Shown: in pieces, positions 43,501 through 60,200 of the stretch | Layout: each line of letters opens with the position of its first letter | How positions within the stretch are numbered: the first letter of the stretch is position 1 | Origin: Eledone cirrhosa | Taxonomy: Eukaryota | Length of the DNA stretch: 64,000 nucleotides | NCBI GenBank assembly: GCA_964016885.1 | Contig: OZ024765.1 | Location: forward strand, 20,460,001-20,524,000 | Direction: 5' to 3' | Notes under the pieces: model-generated | Databases searched by the model: none | What the model was told of the DNA's origin: nothing | The model's input: the letters and a program-made list of their open reading frames with translations, nothing else | Program-made: the position numbers and the translations under genes

Positions 43501-46500
43501 TCATGTACTGAGATCAATTTAACGGATTGGTTCCTCCCCGCAAATTACTTGACTTTTGCCTAAGTAAGACATACTCACAGAATGTATCGATGTACATGTA
43601 TGAATGTATATATATATATATATATATTAGTATATTTTATGTTTACAATAAAAATAGACAAACAATTTAATGATAATATGAAATGAAATTATTATTATTT
43701 ATTAATAATATTTTTATTGTTTTCACTGCATTAACTTCTGAGTGCGACTTTGTTTTTCTTACTATTTTCTACTGTAAATGGCGGCTTAATTGGATTATTA
43801 CTAAGGTTTACTGGATTGTGGTGTTTCTTTATTGTTTTATATTTCAATCAGTGGACGTCAGCATAGCTTTCTATATACCTGGGATAAATGTAAAGAGTAC
43901 TGACTTTCATCTGCAGTTCAATGGTGATGTCTTCTTATATTTTCATTTACTTCTGCAATACTGTATATTGTAGTCTTTTCATTATTTTAAATATTTCTAT
44001 CATGTCACTCGTTTGATATATCTCCCCGAAAGATATAGTAACTTCGGAGCTTTACATTGGAATAGTGTACTACTATTTAAATATTAGTCCCTTAAATATA
44101 TATTTCTATCATGCCCCCCCCCCCCCCCCTAGATTTATCTCCTCTAAATTTGCAATCCCTAAAGTTTAACATCTTTCTTCAGAAGACAGATTTCTTAATA
44201 ATTCTGGTGTTTTCTGTTTTGTTCTTTTCTGGATTCCTTCAATAGCTTCTCCGTATTTTCTGAAGTCGTCTGACCATGCCCCAAAACAATATTCTAGGTC
44301 GTATCACACATATCATTCAACTAGTGTTTTAGACCTCTCGACATTTAGCTAGGCAAAGGAATGTTTTATTATTCTTATCATCTGAATTCCTTTTTTTTCT
44401 TCAACATGTTTAGCCGTCTTTAAAATCATATTCATACATATTCACAATTCCTCGTGGAGGGGTATAAGAGACATGTATAAATATAGCTGCATATTACTAC
44501 AAAATAACTTGAACCATATCGCGAAACATTTTGTAAAGTATCTCTGTAATTATTCTCATTTCGATTTTCTGTAGAATGTATTGACGTTTAAGATAGAGAC
44601 AATTGCCCTTCTTCTAATAATCTCTTTGTCCATTCCCTGTTTAGTCTCACAAAATATTGTTAATGCAAGATTTTGCTCTAATGTAATAAATGTTAGTTTT
44701 AAAAGACCGAATTTCTCAATTTTCTTCTTTCTCTTGTATATTGATATCTAAAGGATGACAAATGTATGAATTATGTGATAGGGAGGGAAAAAAAAGCCAC
44801 GACCATCTTCTCTCGTTACAGAAGGCTAACTGACAACGTCTTTCGCAGGAGTGACTAGTACTACTGCCTTTTATATACCGTGACAACTGGAAAGACGTGA
44901 CAAATAAGGATACTCTCTGCTCTCCTTGTCAACATTGTCCGAGTCTGTGGACCTTTCCTCCCTGGTTAAGGAGTGAGATAAAATATTAGGGATCAATCTC
45001 TAGCAATAATTTCATTAAATCATATTTAACCAGAGACTGTTATGTCGTGGTTGTTGCTATATTTTATAGTCGTGGTTTCAATGTTTAACAGGGGTTGTAG
45101 AATTAGCTTTATCTAATTATTATCAAACAAAACAGATTTATATATCGTCGCCGTTGTACGTTAAAATCACATATATATTTATATACACACCAAGGATGGA
45201 GGGACGACGGAATTGAAAACCATTATTGCTGAGTACATCACGGCAAGATCTAATACACACACACACACACACACACTCTCCCGTATATATTTAATAATCA
45301 GCTATGACCATGAAGAAGGTCCCTGTAGATCACCTGGTTGTAGGATCTAATGAACCCGAAAGAAAGTGAAAATATATTTTATGAAAGCCCCAGAAGAATA
45401 AATGTAAACATTGATCCGATTATAGTAGAAATAAGAATGAGAAAGCCATGAACGCCAGCACATCTATTTTGCTTGGAAATTGAAAGTAGGTTTATAAATA
45501 TAAATTTTTTCTTATGTTCTTGTATGTTTCGTTGGCCTAATGGTAGGTGTTAGAGACTATGTAGACACTGATGTGGTGTTCAATCTCAGTCCGAATCTGT
45601 ACTATATATTTTTAAATTTAAATTTTTCTCTAGTAAAGTAAAAAATGAAATTATTATCTATAGACTTTGACTGAAATCGAAACCCAGAGCAGGTTCTCCA
45701 CCGTCTCTAATACCTACCATTAGGCCACGGAGGCAAATATAAAAACAGTGTGAAAATTAATATTTATAAAGTTACTTTTTTATTTTTGTTTTATACTATA
45801 ATAAATATAATACGACACACTGCCAGTGATTGAACCCCGCACCTGGACCTCCACCGGTTCTTATACTTACCACTAGACTAAAGGGACGGTTACGGAAACT
45901 TACTGAAAATTGATATTTATAAACCTACTTTTTCATTACTAGAAAAAACCGGAAGTGGAGAAAATTGAAAAACATCTTCTTTTTCTTCCTCTGATTTTTT
46001 TTTATCCAAAATTTGGATTTAAGTCAGAGACGAGTTATCGTTCGTGGCAAAAATCAGAGGAAGAAAAAGAAAAAGTTTTTCAATTTTCTCCACTTCCGGT
46101 TTTTTCTAGTATAGGTAAGTAAATATTAATTTTCAATGCATTTTTGTAACCGTCCCTGTGGCCTAATGGTAAGCACTAGAGACGGTGGAGATCCTGATTT
46201 AGGGTTCGATTTCCGTTAGGTTTTATACTAATAACTGCGTATTTGTTGCTTTTATTAAGTAAGATTTGAACTAATAATGCTGTACTTTGTAGTAATGTCC
46301 CATATTATATTCAACATATTTTAATTAAAATTTTTTTTTTTTATAAAAGAAAGAACAAAAAACCTTATTGAAATTAAGAAATGAATTTTATTCAGTAAAG
46401 TTGTTTTTATTTTGTTTTCACTTCATTAACTGCTGAATACGTCTTCTGTTTTTGTTTTTTATTCTTTCTAACCATTGTTTACTGTGAATGGTGACTGCAA

Positions 46501-48213
46501 CGAACCTGGATTATTACCAAGTTTCACTGGATGATTGTATTATTTTGTTGTCAGTGGACATCTGGACATCTATCTAAATACCTGGAATAAACACAAGGTG
46601 TGTGTTTTACGTAACATTTCATTTTAATGTCTGATGTTCCTGTATTTCACATTTAAAATGTAACCAAAAATAAACAAGACAGGGACGCTACATCAAAATA
46701 AACCACACAGACGAGGTACGAATAATCTAAAATTAATTTTAACAAACTATAAACGATGTTTAAAGAGAGACGAACATTAAAATAGGATTTCAAACAAACA
46801 CGTAAACACAAAGACAATTACAGCCGCCATAATCTAATATCTGAAGATCAACATTTTTCACGATAGAAATAAAACTAAATATGTAAAGTTTAGTGGCCCC
46901 TAATTTACTTGCTTTTAATTTCATTTTGATAATCTGTATTCTGTAGACATATATTTATGATTTTAATGATGAAATTTCCTCTTGTCTTTAAAAGATTATT
47001 ACTTATAAAAATTATAATAGTCACCTCCTCCTCTCGATTAATATATAGCATCCTTCGAGGTAGCTTAGCCACAGGGGTTCCTCAACTGGGCGGTTTCAAC
47101 TGTTGGGTGGGCGATGAGCAGCTGAACAGAAAATTGAGGGCCATTGGAAACTTTGGTGGCCGATATAGAATTTTGAGATTTAAGAAGGTATGCTACCCGA
47201 AAACCTATTCAAGGAATATATGCAAAGAACCTGAATAAAAATCAGGAAGCTAATTGGGAAAATTAAACCAGGAACAAACATTTACGAAACATATTTGGTA
47301 TACTTTGGAATATTTACTATACAGGTGGCTGGTGGAACATTTCTTCATGTGAATGTGGGAAATGACGCCAAAATATTTGGCAACCCTTGGCTTACACCTT
47401 ACTAAATTTTCTGGAGACAAGCCTCTTCGCTATATATCATAGTTCTTCAATCCTTCATCTTCCACAGTTGGTGAAGTATTTCGATTTGATATGACGATCG
47501 CAGAGTTAGATTTAGGACGTGGTGGCGTTCATGGGTTTCTTAGTGTTGTTACTAGAAAGGGTCGACTCTGTCTTTCACACTTCAGGTTTTTTCATGAATT
47601 AAATATCGATTTTCTTTCTGATCGGTCTAACAATGATTTGAACCTACAATGACTCCGTCTGTAATAATGTTCTCTTATTTGAAATATGCCATACCTAACT
47701 CCCGTGTCTGTGTGTGTGAAAAATATTCCAACTTAGAGCGACGTGCCCGTAAATTGTTTAGCCTGATTCCTATATATAGATAATGTGTAATATTTCAACC
47801 TTCATGGAGGGTCTTTGCCGTAATTTCCCGTAACTCCGACTAGAAGTCATTATGTAGTTTTTTCGTCCGTTAAAAATGATTAAAACAATTCTATATCCAC
47901 AGTTATATACACCTCTTCATCACATATTATATTATTTCCACCAATAACTACATTATATCCTTAAATATAAAACCAAGACATATAATTTGTAAATAAAAGA
48001 TAAAATATTAAAACCTCAATTTTTAAATAATTTTACCCCACCTTTGTGTTCTCAGTGTTTAGATTAACCCATAATTTTATGATTTTGGAGCATATAACTT
48101 ATAGTACCAGTCATGTACTGGGATCAATTTAACGGATTGGTTCCTCCCCGCAAAATACTTGACTATTGCCTAAGTAAGACATACTCACAGAATGTATCGA
48201 TGTATATGTATGA

Positions 48214-48262
<49 letters not shown>

Positions 48263-51200
48263 TAAATTTTATGTTTACAATAAAAATAGACAAACAATTT
48301 AATGATAATATGAAATGAAATTATTATTATTTATTAATAATATTTTTATTGTTTTCACTGCATTAACTTCTGAGTGTGACTTTGTTTTTCTTACTATTTT
48401 CTACTGTAAATGGCGGCTTAATTGGATTATTACTAACGTTTACTGGATTGTGGTGTTTCTTTATTGTTTTATATTTCAATCAGTGGACATCAGGATAGCT
48501 TTCTATATACCTGGGATAAATGTAAAGAGTACTGACTTTCATCTGCAGTTCAATGGTGATGTCTTCTTATATTTTCATTTACTTCTGCAATACTGTATAT
48601 TGTAGTCTTTTCATTATTTTAAATATTTCTATCATGTTACTCGTTTGATATATCTCCCCGAAAGATATAGTTATTCAGAGCTTTACATTGGAATAGTGTA
48701 CTACTATTTAAATATTAGTCCTTTAAATATATATTTCTATCATGTCCCCCCACCCTCTTAGATTTATCTCCTCTAAATTTGCAATCCCTAAAGTTTAACA
48801 TCTTTCTTCAGAAGACATATTTCTTAATAATTCTGGTGTTTTCTGTTTTGTTCTTCTCTGGATTCCTTCAATAGCTTCTCCGTGCCCCAAAACAATATTC
48901 TAGGTCGTATCACACATATCATTCAACTAGTGTTTTAGAGCTCTCGACATTTTGCTAGGCAAAGGAATGTTTTATTATTCCTATCATCTGAATTCCTTTT
49001 TTTTCTTCAACATGTTTAGCCATCTTTAAAATCATATTCATACATATTCACAATTCCTCGTGGAGGCGGTATAAGAGACATGTATAAATATAGCTGCATA
49101 TTACTACAAAATAACTTGAACCATATCGCGAAACATTTTGTAAAGTACCTCTGTAATTATTCTCATTTCGATTTTCTGTAGAATGTATTGACGTTTAAGA
49201 TAGAGACAATTGCCCTTCTAATAATCTCTTTGTCCATTCCATGTTTAGTCTCACAAAATATTGTTAATGCAAGATTTTGCTCTAATGTAATAAATGTTAC
49301 TTTTAAAAGAGCGAAGTTCTCAATTTTCTTCTTTCTCTTGTATATTGATATCTAAAGGATGACAAATGTATGAATTATGTGATAGGGAGGAAAAAAGCCA
49401 CGACCTTCTTCTCTCGTTACAGACGGCTAACTGACAACGTCTTTCGCAGGAGTGACTAGTACTACTGCCTTTTATATACCGTGACAACTGGCAAGACGTG
49501 ACAAATAAGGATACACTCTGCTCTCCTTATCAACATTGTCCGAGTCTGAGGACCTTTCCTCCCTGGTTAAGGAGTGAGATAAAATATTAGGGATCAATCT
49601 CTAGCAATAATTTCATTAAATCATATTTAACCAGAGACTGTTATGTCGTGGTTGTTGCTATATTTTATAGTCGTGGTTTCAATGTTTAACAGGGGTTGTA
49701 GAATTAGCTTTATCTAATTATTATCAAACAAAACAGATTTATATATTGTCGCCGTTGTACGTTAAAATCACATATATATTTATATACACACCAAGGATGG
49801 AGGGACGACGGAATTGAAAACCATTATTGCTGAGTACATCACGGCAAGATCTAATACACACACACACACACTCTCCCGTATATATTTAATAATCAGCTAT
49901 GACCATGAAGAAGGTCCCTGTAGATCATCTGGTTGTAGGATCTAATGAACCCGAAAGAAAGTGAAAATATATTTTATGAAAGCCCCAGAAGAATAAATGT
50001 AAACATTGACCCGATTATAGTAGAAATAAGAATGAGAAAGCCATGAACGCCAGCACATCTATTTTGCTTGGAAATTGAAAGTAGGTTTATAAATATAAAT
50101 TTTTTCTTATGTTCTTGTATCTGTTTCGTTGGCCTAATGGTAGGTGTTAGAGACTATGTAGACACTGATGTGGTGTTCAATCTCAGTCCGAATCTGTACT
50201 ATATATTTTTAAATTAAAATTTTTCTCTAGTAAAGTAAAATATGAAATTATTATCTCTAGACTTTGACTGGAATCGAAACCCAGAGCAGGTTCTCCACCG
50301 TCTCTAATACCTACCGTTAGGCCACGGAGACAGATATAAAAACAGTGTGAAAATTAATATTTATAAAGTTACTTTTTTATTTTTGTTTTATACTATAAAA
50401 AATATAATACGACACACTGCCAGTGATTGAACCCCGGACCTGGACCGGATCTTATACTTACCACTAGGCTAAAGGGACGGTTACGGAAACTTACTGAAAA
50501 TTGATATTTATAAACCTACTTTTTCATTACTAGAAAAAAACCGGAAGTGGAGAAAATTGAAAAACATCTTTTTCTTCCTCTGATTTTTTTTTATCCAAAA
50601 TTTGGATTTAAGTCAGAGACGAGTTATCGTTCGTGGCAAAAATCAGAGGAAGAAAAAGAAAAAGTTTTTCAATTTTCTCCACTTCCGGTTTTTTCTAGTA
50701 TAGGTAAGTAAATATTAATTTTCAATGCATTTTTGTAACCGTCCCTGTGGCCTAATGGTAAGCACTAGAGACGGTGGAGATCCTGATTTAGGGTTCGATT
50801 TCCGTTAGGTTTTATACTAATAACTGCGTATTTGTTGCTTTTATTAAGTAAGATTTGAACTAATAATGCTGTACTTTGTAGTAATGTCCCATATTATATT
50901 CAACATATTTTAATTAAAATTTTTTTTTTTTATAAAAGAAAGAACAAAAAACCTTATTGAAATTAAGAAATGAATTTTATTCAGTAAAGTTGTTTTTATT
51001 TTGTTTTCACTTCATTAACTGCTGAATACGTCTTCTGTTTTTGTTTTTTATTCTTTCTAACCATTGTTTACTGTGAATGGTGACTGCAACGAACCTGGAT
51101 TATTACCAAGTTTCACTGGATGATTGTATTATTTTGTTGTCAGTGGACATCTGGACATCTATCTAAATACCTGGAATAAACACAAGGTGTGTGTTTTACG

Positions 51201-54200
51201 TAACATTTCATTTTAATGTCTGATGTTCCTGTATTTCACATTTAAAATGTAACCAAAAATAAACAAGACAGGGACGCTACATCAAAATAAACCACACAGA
51301 CGAGGTACGAATAATCTAAAATTAATTTTAACAAACTATAAACGATGTTTAAAGAGAGACGAACATTAAAATAGGATTTCAAACAAACACGTAAACACAA
51401 AGACAATTACAGCCGCCATAATCTAATATCTGAAGATCAACATTTTTCACGATAGAAATAAAACTAAATATGTAAAGTTTAGTGGCCCCTGATTTACTTG
51501 CTTTTAATTTCATTTTGATAATCTGTATTCTGTAGACATATATTTATGATTTTAATGATGAAATTTCCTCTTGTCTTTAAAAGATTATTACTTATAAAAA
51601 TTATAATAGTCACCTCCTCCTCTCGATTAATATGTAGCTTACCCACAGGGGTTCCTCAACTGGGCGGTTTCAACTGTTGGGTGGGCGATGAGCAGCTGAA
51701 CAGAAAATTGAGGGCCATTGGAAACTTTGGTGGCCGATATAGAATTTTGAGATTTAAGAAGGTATGCTACCCGAAAACCTATTCAAGGAATATATGCAAA
51801 GAACCTGAATAAAAATCAGGAAGCTAATTGGGAAAATTAAACCAGGAACAAACATTTACGAAACATATTTGGTATACTTTGGAATATTTACTATACAGGT
51901 GGCTGGTGGAACATTTTTTCATGTGAATGTGGGAAATGACGCCAAAATATTTAGCAACCCTTGGCTTACACCTTACTAAATGTTCTGGAGACAAGCCTCT
52001 TAGCTATATATCATAGTTCTTCAATCCTTCATCTTCCACAGTTGGTGAAGTATTTCGATTTGATATGACGATCGCAGAGTTAGATTTAGGACGTGGTGGC
52101 GTTCATGGGTTTCTTAGTGTTGTTACTAGAAAGGGTCGACTCTGTCTTTCACACTTCAGGTTTTTTCATGAATTAAATATCCATTTTCTTTCTGATCGGT
52201 CTAACAATGATTCGAACCTACAATGACTCCGTCTGTAATAATGTTCTCGTATTTGAAATATGTCATACCTAACTCCCGTGTCTGTGTGTGTGAAAAATAT
52301 TCCAACTTAGAGCGACATGCCCGTAAATTGTTTAGCCTGATTCCTATATATAGATAATGTGTAATATTTGAACCTTCATGGAGGGTCTTTGCCCTAATTT
52401 CCCGTAACTCCGACTAGAAGTCATTATGTAGTTTTTTCGTCCGTTAAAAATAATGATTAAAACAATTCTATATCCACAGTTATATACACCTCTTCATCAC
52501 ATATTATATTATTTCCACCAATAACTACATTATATCCTTAAATATGACACCAAGACATATAATTTGTAAATAAAAGATAAAATATTAAAACCTCAATTTT
52601 TAAATAATTTTACCCCACCTTTGTGTTCTCAGTGTTTAGATTAACCCATAATTTTATGATTTTGGAGCATATAACTTATAGTACCAGTCATGTACTGAGA
52701 TCAATTTAACGGATTGGTTCCTCCCCGCAAATTACTTGACTTTTGCCTAAGTAAGACATACTCACAGAATGTATCGATGTACATGTATGAATGTATATAT
52801 ATATATATATATTAGTATATTTTATGTTTACAATAAAAATAGACAAACAATTTAATGATAATATGAAATGAAATTATTATTATTTATTAATAATATTTTT
52901 ATTGTTTTCACTGCATTAACTTCTGAGTGCGACTTTGTTTTTCTTACTATTTTCTACTGTAAATGGCGGCTTAATTGGATTATTACTAAGGTTTACTGGA
53001 TTGTGGTGTTTCTTTATTGTTTTATATTTCAATCAGTGGACGTCAGCATAGCTTTCTATATACCTGGGATAAATGTAAAGAGTACTGACTTTCATCTGCA
53101 GTTCAATGGTGATGTCTTCTTATATTTTCATTTACTTCTGCAATACTGTATATTGTAGTCTTTTCATTATTTTAAATATTTCTATCATGTCACTCGTTTG
53201 ATATATCTCCCCGAAAGATATAGTAACTTCGGAGCTTTACATTGGAATAGTGTACTACTATTTAAATATTAGTCCTTTAAATATATATTTCTATTATGCC
53301 CCCCCCCCCCCCCCCCCCTTAGATTTATCTCCTCTAAATTTGCAATCCCTAAAGTTTAACATCTTTCTTCAGAAGACAGATTTCTTAATAATTCTGGTGT
53401 TTTCTGTTTTGTTCTTTTCTGGATTCCTTCAATAGCTTCTCCGTATTTTCTGAAGTCGTCTGACCATGCCCCAAAACAATATTCTAGGTCGTATCACACA
53501 TATCATTCAACTAGTGTTTTAGACCTCTCGACATTTAGCTAGGCAAAGGAATGTTTTATTATTCTTATCATCTCAATTCCTTTTTTTTCTTCAACATGTT
53601 TAGCCATCTTTAAAATCATATTCATACATATTCACAATTCCTCGTGGAGGGGTATAAGAGACATGTATAAATATAGCTGCATATTACTACAAAATAACTT
53701 GAACCATATCGCGAAACATTTTGTAAAGTATCTCTGTAATTATTCTCATTTCGATTTTCTGTAGAATGTATTGACGTTTAAGATAGAGACAATTGCCCTT
53801 CTTCTAATAATCTCTTTGTCCATTCCATGTTTAGTCTCACAAAATATTGTTAATGCAAGACTTTGCTCTAATGTAATAAATGTTACTTTTAAAAGACCGA
53901 AGTTCTCAATTTTCTTCTTTCTCTTGTATATTGATATCTAAAGGATGACAAATGTATGAATTATGTGATAGGGAGGGGAAAAAAGCCACGACCTTCTTCT
54001 CTCGTTACAGAAGGCTAACTGACAACGTCTTTCGCAGGAGTGACTAGTACTACTGCCTTTTATATACCGTGACAACTGGAAAGACGTGACAAATAAGGAT
54101 ACACTCTGCTCTCCTTGTCAACATTGTCCGAGTCTGTGGACCTTTCCTCCCTGGTTAAGGAGTGAGATAAAATATTAGGGATCAATCTCTAGCAATAATT

Positions 54201-57200
54201 TCATTAAATCATATTTAACCAGAGACTGTTATGTCGTGGTTGTTGCTATATTTTATAGTCGTGGTTTCAATGTTTAACAGGGGTTGTAGAATTAGCTTTA
54301 TCTAATTATTATCAAACAAAACAGATTTATATATTGTCGCCGTTGTACGTTAAAATCACATATATATTTATATACACACCAAGGATGGAGGGACGACGGA
54401 ATTGAAAACCATTATTGCTGAGTACATCACGGCAAGATCTAATACACACACACACACACACTCTCCCGTATATATTTAATAATCAGCTATGACCATGAAG
54501 AAGGTCCCTGTAGATCACCTGGTTGTAGGATCTAATGAACCCGAAAGAACGTGAAAATATATTTCATGAAAGCCCCAGAAGAATAAATGTAAACATTGAC
54601 CCGATTATAGTAGAAATAAGAATGAGAAAGCCATGAACGCCAGCACATCTATTTTGCTTGGAAATTGAAAGTAGGTTTATAAATATAAATTTTTTCTTAT
54701 GTTCTTGTATCTGTTTCGTTGGCCTAATGGTAGGTGTTAGAGACTATGTAGACACTGATGTGGTGTTCAATCTCAGTCGGAATCTGTACTATATATTTTT
54801 AAATTTAAATTTTTCTCTAGTAAAGTAAAAAATGAAATTATTATCTCTAGACTTTGACTGAAATCGAAACCCAGAGCAGGTTCTCCACCGTCTCTAATAC
54901 CTACCATTAGGCCACGGAGGCATATATAAAAACAGTGTGAAAATTAATATTTATAAAGTTACTTTTTTATTTTTGTTTTATACTATAAAAAATATAATAC
55001 GACACACTGCCAGTGATTGAACCCCGGACGTGGACCTCCACCGGCTCTTATACTTACCACTAGGCTAAAGGGACGGTTACAGAAACTTACTGAAAATTGA
55101 TATTTATAAACCTACTTTTTCATTACCAGAAAAAACCGGAAGTGGAGAAAATTGAAAAACATCTTCTTTTTCTTCCTCTGATTTTTTTTTATCCAAAATT
55201 TGGATTTAAGTCAGAGACGAGTTATCGTTCGTGGCAAAAATCAGAGGAAGAAAAAGAAAAAGTTTTTCAATTTTCTCCACTTCCGGTTTTTTCTAGTATA
55301 GGTAAGTAAATATTAATTTTCAATGTATTTTTGTAACCGTCCCTGTGGCCTAATGGTAAGCACTAGAGACGGTGGAGATCCTGATTTAGGGATCGATTTC
55401 CGTTAGGTTTTATACTAATAACTGCGTATTTTTTGCTTTTATTAAGTAAGATTTGAACTAATAATGCTGTACGTTGTAGTAATGTCCCATATTATATTCA
55501 ACATATTTTAATTAAAATGTTTTTTTTTTTATAAAAGAAAGAACAAAAAACCTTATTGAAATTAAGAAATGAATTTTATTCAGTAAAGTTGTTTTTATTT
55601 TGTTTTCACTTCATTAACTGCTGAATACGTCTTTTGTTTTTGTTTTTGATTCTTTCTAACCATTGTTTACTGTGAATGGTGACTGCAACGAACCTGGATG
55701 ATTGTATTATTTTGTTGTCAGTGGACATCTGGACATCTACCTAAATACCTGGAATAAACACAAGGTGTGTGTTTTACGTAACATTTCATTTTAATGTCTG
55801 ATGTTCCTGTATTTCACATTTAAAATGTAACCAAAAATAAACAAGACAGGGACGCTACATCAAAATAAACCACACAGACGAGGTACGAATAATCTAAAAT
55901 TAATTTTAACAAACTATAAACGATGTTTAAAGAGAGACGAACATTAAAATAGGATTTCAAACAAACACGTAAACACAAAGACAATTACAGCCGCCATAAT
56001 CTAATATCTGAAGATCAACATTTTTCACGATAGAAATAAAACTAAATATGTAAAGTTTAGTGGCCCCTGATTTACTTGCTTTTAATTTCATTTTGATAAT
56101 CTGTATTCTGTAGACATATATTTATGATTTTAATGATGAAATTTCCTCTTGTCTTTAAAAGATTATTACTTATAAAAATTATAATAGTCACCTCCTCCTC
56201 TCGATTAATATATAGCATCATTCGAGGTAGCTTACCCACAGGGGTTCCTCAACTGGGCGGTTTCAACTGTTGGGTGGGCGATGAGCAGCTGAACAGAAAA
56301 TTGAGGGCCATTGGAAACTTTGGTGGCCGATATAGAATTTTGAGATTTAAGAAGGTATGCTACCCGAAAACCCATTCAAGGAATATAGGCAAAGTACCTG
56401 AATAAAAATCAGGAAGGTAATTGGGAAAATTAAACCAGGAACAAACATTTACGAAACATATTTGGTATACTTTGGAATATTTACTATACAGGTGGCTGGT
56501 GGAACATTTTTTCATGTGAATGTGGGAAATGACGCCAAAATATTTGGCAACCCTTGGCTTACACCTTACTAAATGTTCTGGAGACAAGCCTCTTAGCTAT
56601 ATATCATAGTTCTTCAATCCTTCATCTTCCACAGTTGGTGAAGTATTTCGATTTGATATGACGATCGCAGAGTTAGATTTAGGACGTGGTGGCGTTCATG
56701 GGTTTCTTAGTGTTGTTACTAGAAAGGGTCGACTCTGTCTTTCACACTTCAGGTTTTTTCATGAATTAAATATCCATTTTCTTTCTGATCGGTCTAACAA
56801 TGATTTGAACCTACAATGACTCCGTCTGTAATAATGTTCTCTTATTTGAAATATGCCATACCTAACTCCCGTGTCTGTGTGTGTGAAAAATATTCCAACT
56901 TCGAGCGACGTGCCCGTAAATTGTTTAGCCCGATTCCTATATATAGATAATGTGTAATATTTGAACCTTCATGGAGGGTCTTTGCCGTAATTTCCCGTAA
57001 CTCCGACTAGAAGTCATTATGTAGTTTTTTTCGTCCGTTAAAAATAATGATTAAAACAATTCTATATCCACAGTTACATACACCTCTTCATCACCTATTA
57101 TATTATTTCCACCAATAACTACATTATATCCTTAAATATGACACCAAGACATATAATTTGTAAATAAAAGATAAAATATTAAAACCTCAATTTTTAAATA

Positions 57201-60200
57201 ATTTTACCCCACCTTTGTGTTCTCAGTGTTTAGATTAACCCATAATTTTATGATTTTGGAGCATATAACATAGTACCAGTCATGTACTGGTATCAATTTA
57301 ACGGATTGGTTCCTCCCCGCAAATTACTTGACTTTTGCCTAAGTAAGACATACTCACAGAATGTATCGATGTACATGTATGAATGTATAGATATATATAT
57401 ATATTAGTATATTTTATGTTTACAATAAAAATAGACAAACAATTTAATGATAATATGAAATGAAATTATTATTATTTATTAATAATATTTTTATTGTTTT
57501 CACTGCATTAACTTCTGAGTGCGACTTTGTTTTTCTTATTATTTTCTACTGTAAATGGCGGCTTAATTGGATTATTACTAAGGTTTACTGGATTGTGGTG
57601 TTTCTTTATTGTTTTATATTTCAATCAGTGGACGTCAGCATAGCTTTCTATATACCTGGGATAAATGTAAAGAGTACTGACTTTCATCTGCAGTTCAATG
57701 GTGATGTCTTCTTATATTTTCATTTACTTCTGCAATACTGTATATTGTAGTCTTTTCATTATTTTAAATATTTCTATCATGTCACTCGTTTGATATATCT
57801 CCCCGAAAGATATAGTAACTTCGGAGCTTTACATTGGAATAGTGTACTACTATTTAAATATTAGTCCTTTAAATATATATTTCTATTATGCCCCCCCTCC
57901 CTTAGATTTATCTCCTCTAAATTTGCAATCCCTAAAGTTTAACATCTTTCTTCAGAAGACAGATTTCTTTATAATTCTGGTGTTTTCTGTTTTGTTCTTT
58001 TCTGGATTCCTTCAATAGCTTCTCCGTATTTTCTGAAGTCGTCTGACCATGCCCCAAAACAATATTCTAGGTCGTATCACACATATCATTCAACTAGTGT
58101 TTTAGACCTCTCAACATTTAGCTAGGCAAAGGAATGTTTTATTATTCTTATCATCTGAATTCCTTTTTTTTCTTCAACATGTTTAGCCATCTTTAAAATC
58201 ATATTCATACATATTCACAATTCCTCGTGGAGGGGTATAAGAGACATGTATAAATATAGCTGCATATTACTACAAAATAACTTGAACCATATCGCGAAAC
58301 ATTTTGTAAAGTATCTCTGTAATTATTCTCATTTCGATTTTCTGTAGAATGTATTGACGTTTAAGATAGAGACAATTGCCCTTCTTCTAATAATCTCTTT
58401 GTCCATTCCATGTTTAGTCTCACAAAATATTGTTAATGCAAGACTTTGCTCTAATGTAATAAATGTTACTTTTAAAAGACCGAAGTTCTCAATTTTCTTC
58501 TTTCTCTTGTATATTGATATCTAAAGGATGACAAATGTATGAATTATGTGATAGGGAGGGGAAAAAAGCCACGACCTTCTTCTCTCGTTACAGAAGGCTA
58601 ACTGACAACGTCTTTCGCAGGAGTGACTAGTACTACTGCCTTTTATATACCGTGACAACTGGAAAGACGTGACAAATAAGGATACACTCTGCTCTCCTTG
58701 TCAACATTGTCCGAGTCTGTGGACCTTTCCTCCCTGGTTAAGGAGTGAGATAAAATATTAGGGATCAATCTCTAGCAATAATTTCATTAAATCATATTTA
58801 ACCAGAGACTGTTATGTCGTGGTTGTTGCTATATTTTATAGTCGTGGTTTCAATGTTTAACAGGGGTTGTAGAATTAGCTTTATCTAATTATTATCAAAC
58901 AAAACAGATTTATATATTGTCGCCGTTGTACGTTAAAATCACATATATATTTATATACACACCAAGGATGGAGGGACGACGGAATTGAAAACCATTATTG
59001 CTGAGTACATCACGGCAAGATCTAATACACACACACACACACACTCTCCCGTATATATTTAATAATCAGCTATGACCATGAAGAAGGTCCCTGTAGATCA
59101 CCTGGTTGTAGGATCTAATGAACCCGAAAGATCGTGAAAATATATTTTATGAAAGCCCCAGAAGAATAAATGTAAACATTGATCCGATTATAGTAGAAAT
59201 AAGAATGAGAAAGCCATGAACGCCAGCACATCTATTTTGCTTGGAAATTGAAAGTAGGTTTATAAATATAAATTTTTTCTTATGTTCTTGTATCTGTTTC
59301 GTTGGCCTAATGGTAGGTGTTAGAGACTATGTAGACACTGATGTGGTGTTCAATCTCAGTCCGAATCTGTACTATATATTTTTAAATTAAAATTTTTCTC
59401 TAGTAAAGTAAAAAATGAAATTATTATCTATAGACTTTGACTGAAATCGAAACCCAGAGCAGGTTCTCCACCGTCTCTAATACCTACCATTAGGCCACGG
59501 AGGCAAATATAAAAACAGTGTGAAAATTAATATTTATAAAGTTACTTTTTTATTTTTGTTTTATACTATAAAAAATATAATACGACACACTGCCAGTGAT
59601 TGAACCCCGGACCTGGACCTCCACCGGCTCTTATACTTACCACTAGGCTAAAGGGACGGTTACAGAAATTACTGAAAATTGATATTTATAAACCTACTTT
59701 TTCATTACCAGAAAAAACCGGAAGTGGAGAAAATTGAAAAACATCTTCTTTTTCTTCCTCTGATTTTTTTTTATCCAAAATTTGGATTTAAGTCAGAGAC
59801 GAGTTATCGTTCGTGGCAAAAATCAGAGGAAGAAAAAGAAAAAGTTTTTCAATTTTCTCCACTTCCGGTTTTTTCTAGTATAGGTAAGTAAATATTAATT
59901 TTCAATGTATTTTTGTAACCGTCCCTGTGGCCTAATGGTAAGCACTAGACACGGTGGAGATCCTGATTTAGGGATCGATTTCCGTTAGGTTTTATACTAA
60001 TAACTGCGTATTTTTTGCTTTTATTAAGTAAGATTTGAACTAATAATGCTGTACGTTGTAGTAATGTCCCATATTATATTCAACATATTTTAATTAAAAT
60101 GTTTTTTTTTTATAAAAGAAAGAACAAAAAACCTTATTGAAATTAAGAAATGAATTTTATTCAGTAAAGTTGTTTTTATTTTGTTTTCACTTCATTAACT

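Noticed and set aside
55097-55309. 70-aa ORF across the hairpin (units 8 and 9), and 75-aa minus ORFs at 56360 and 60948
   Set aside because: Appear only where SNPs remove a stop; TTG starts; closed in the other seven copies
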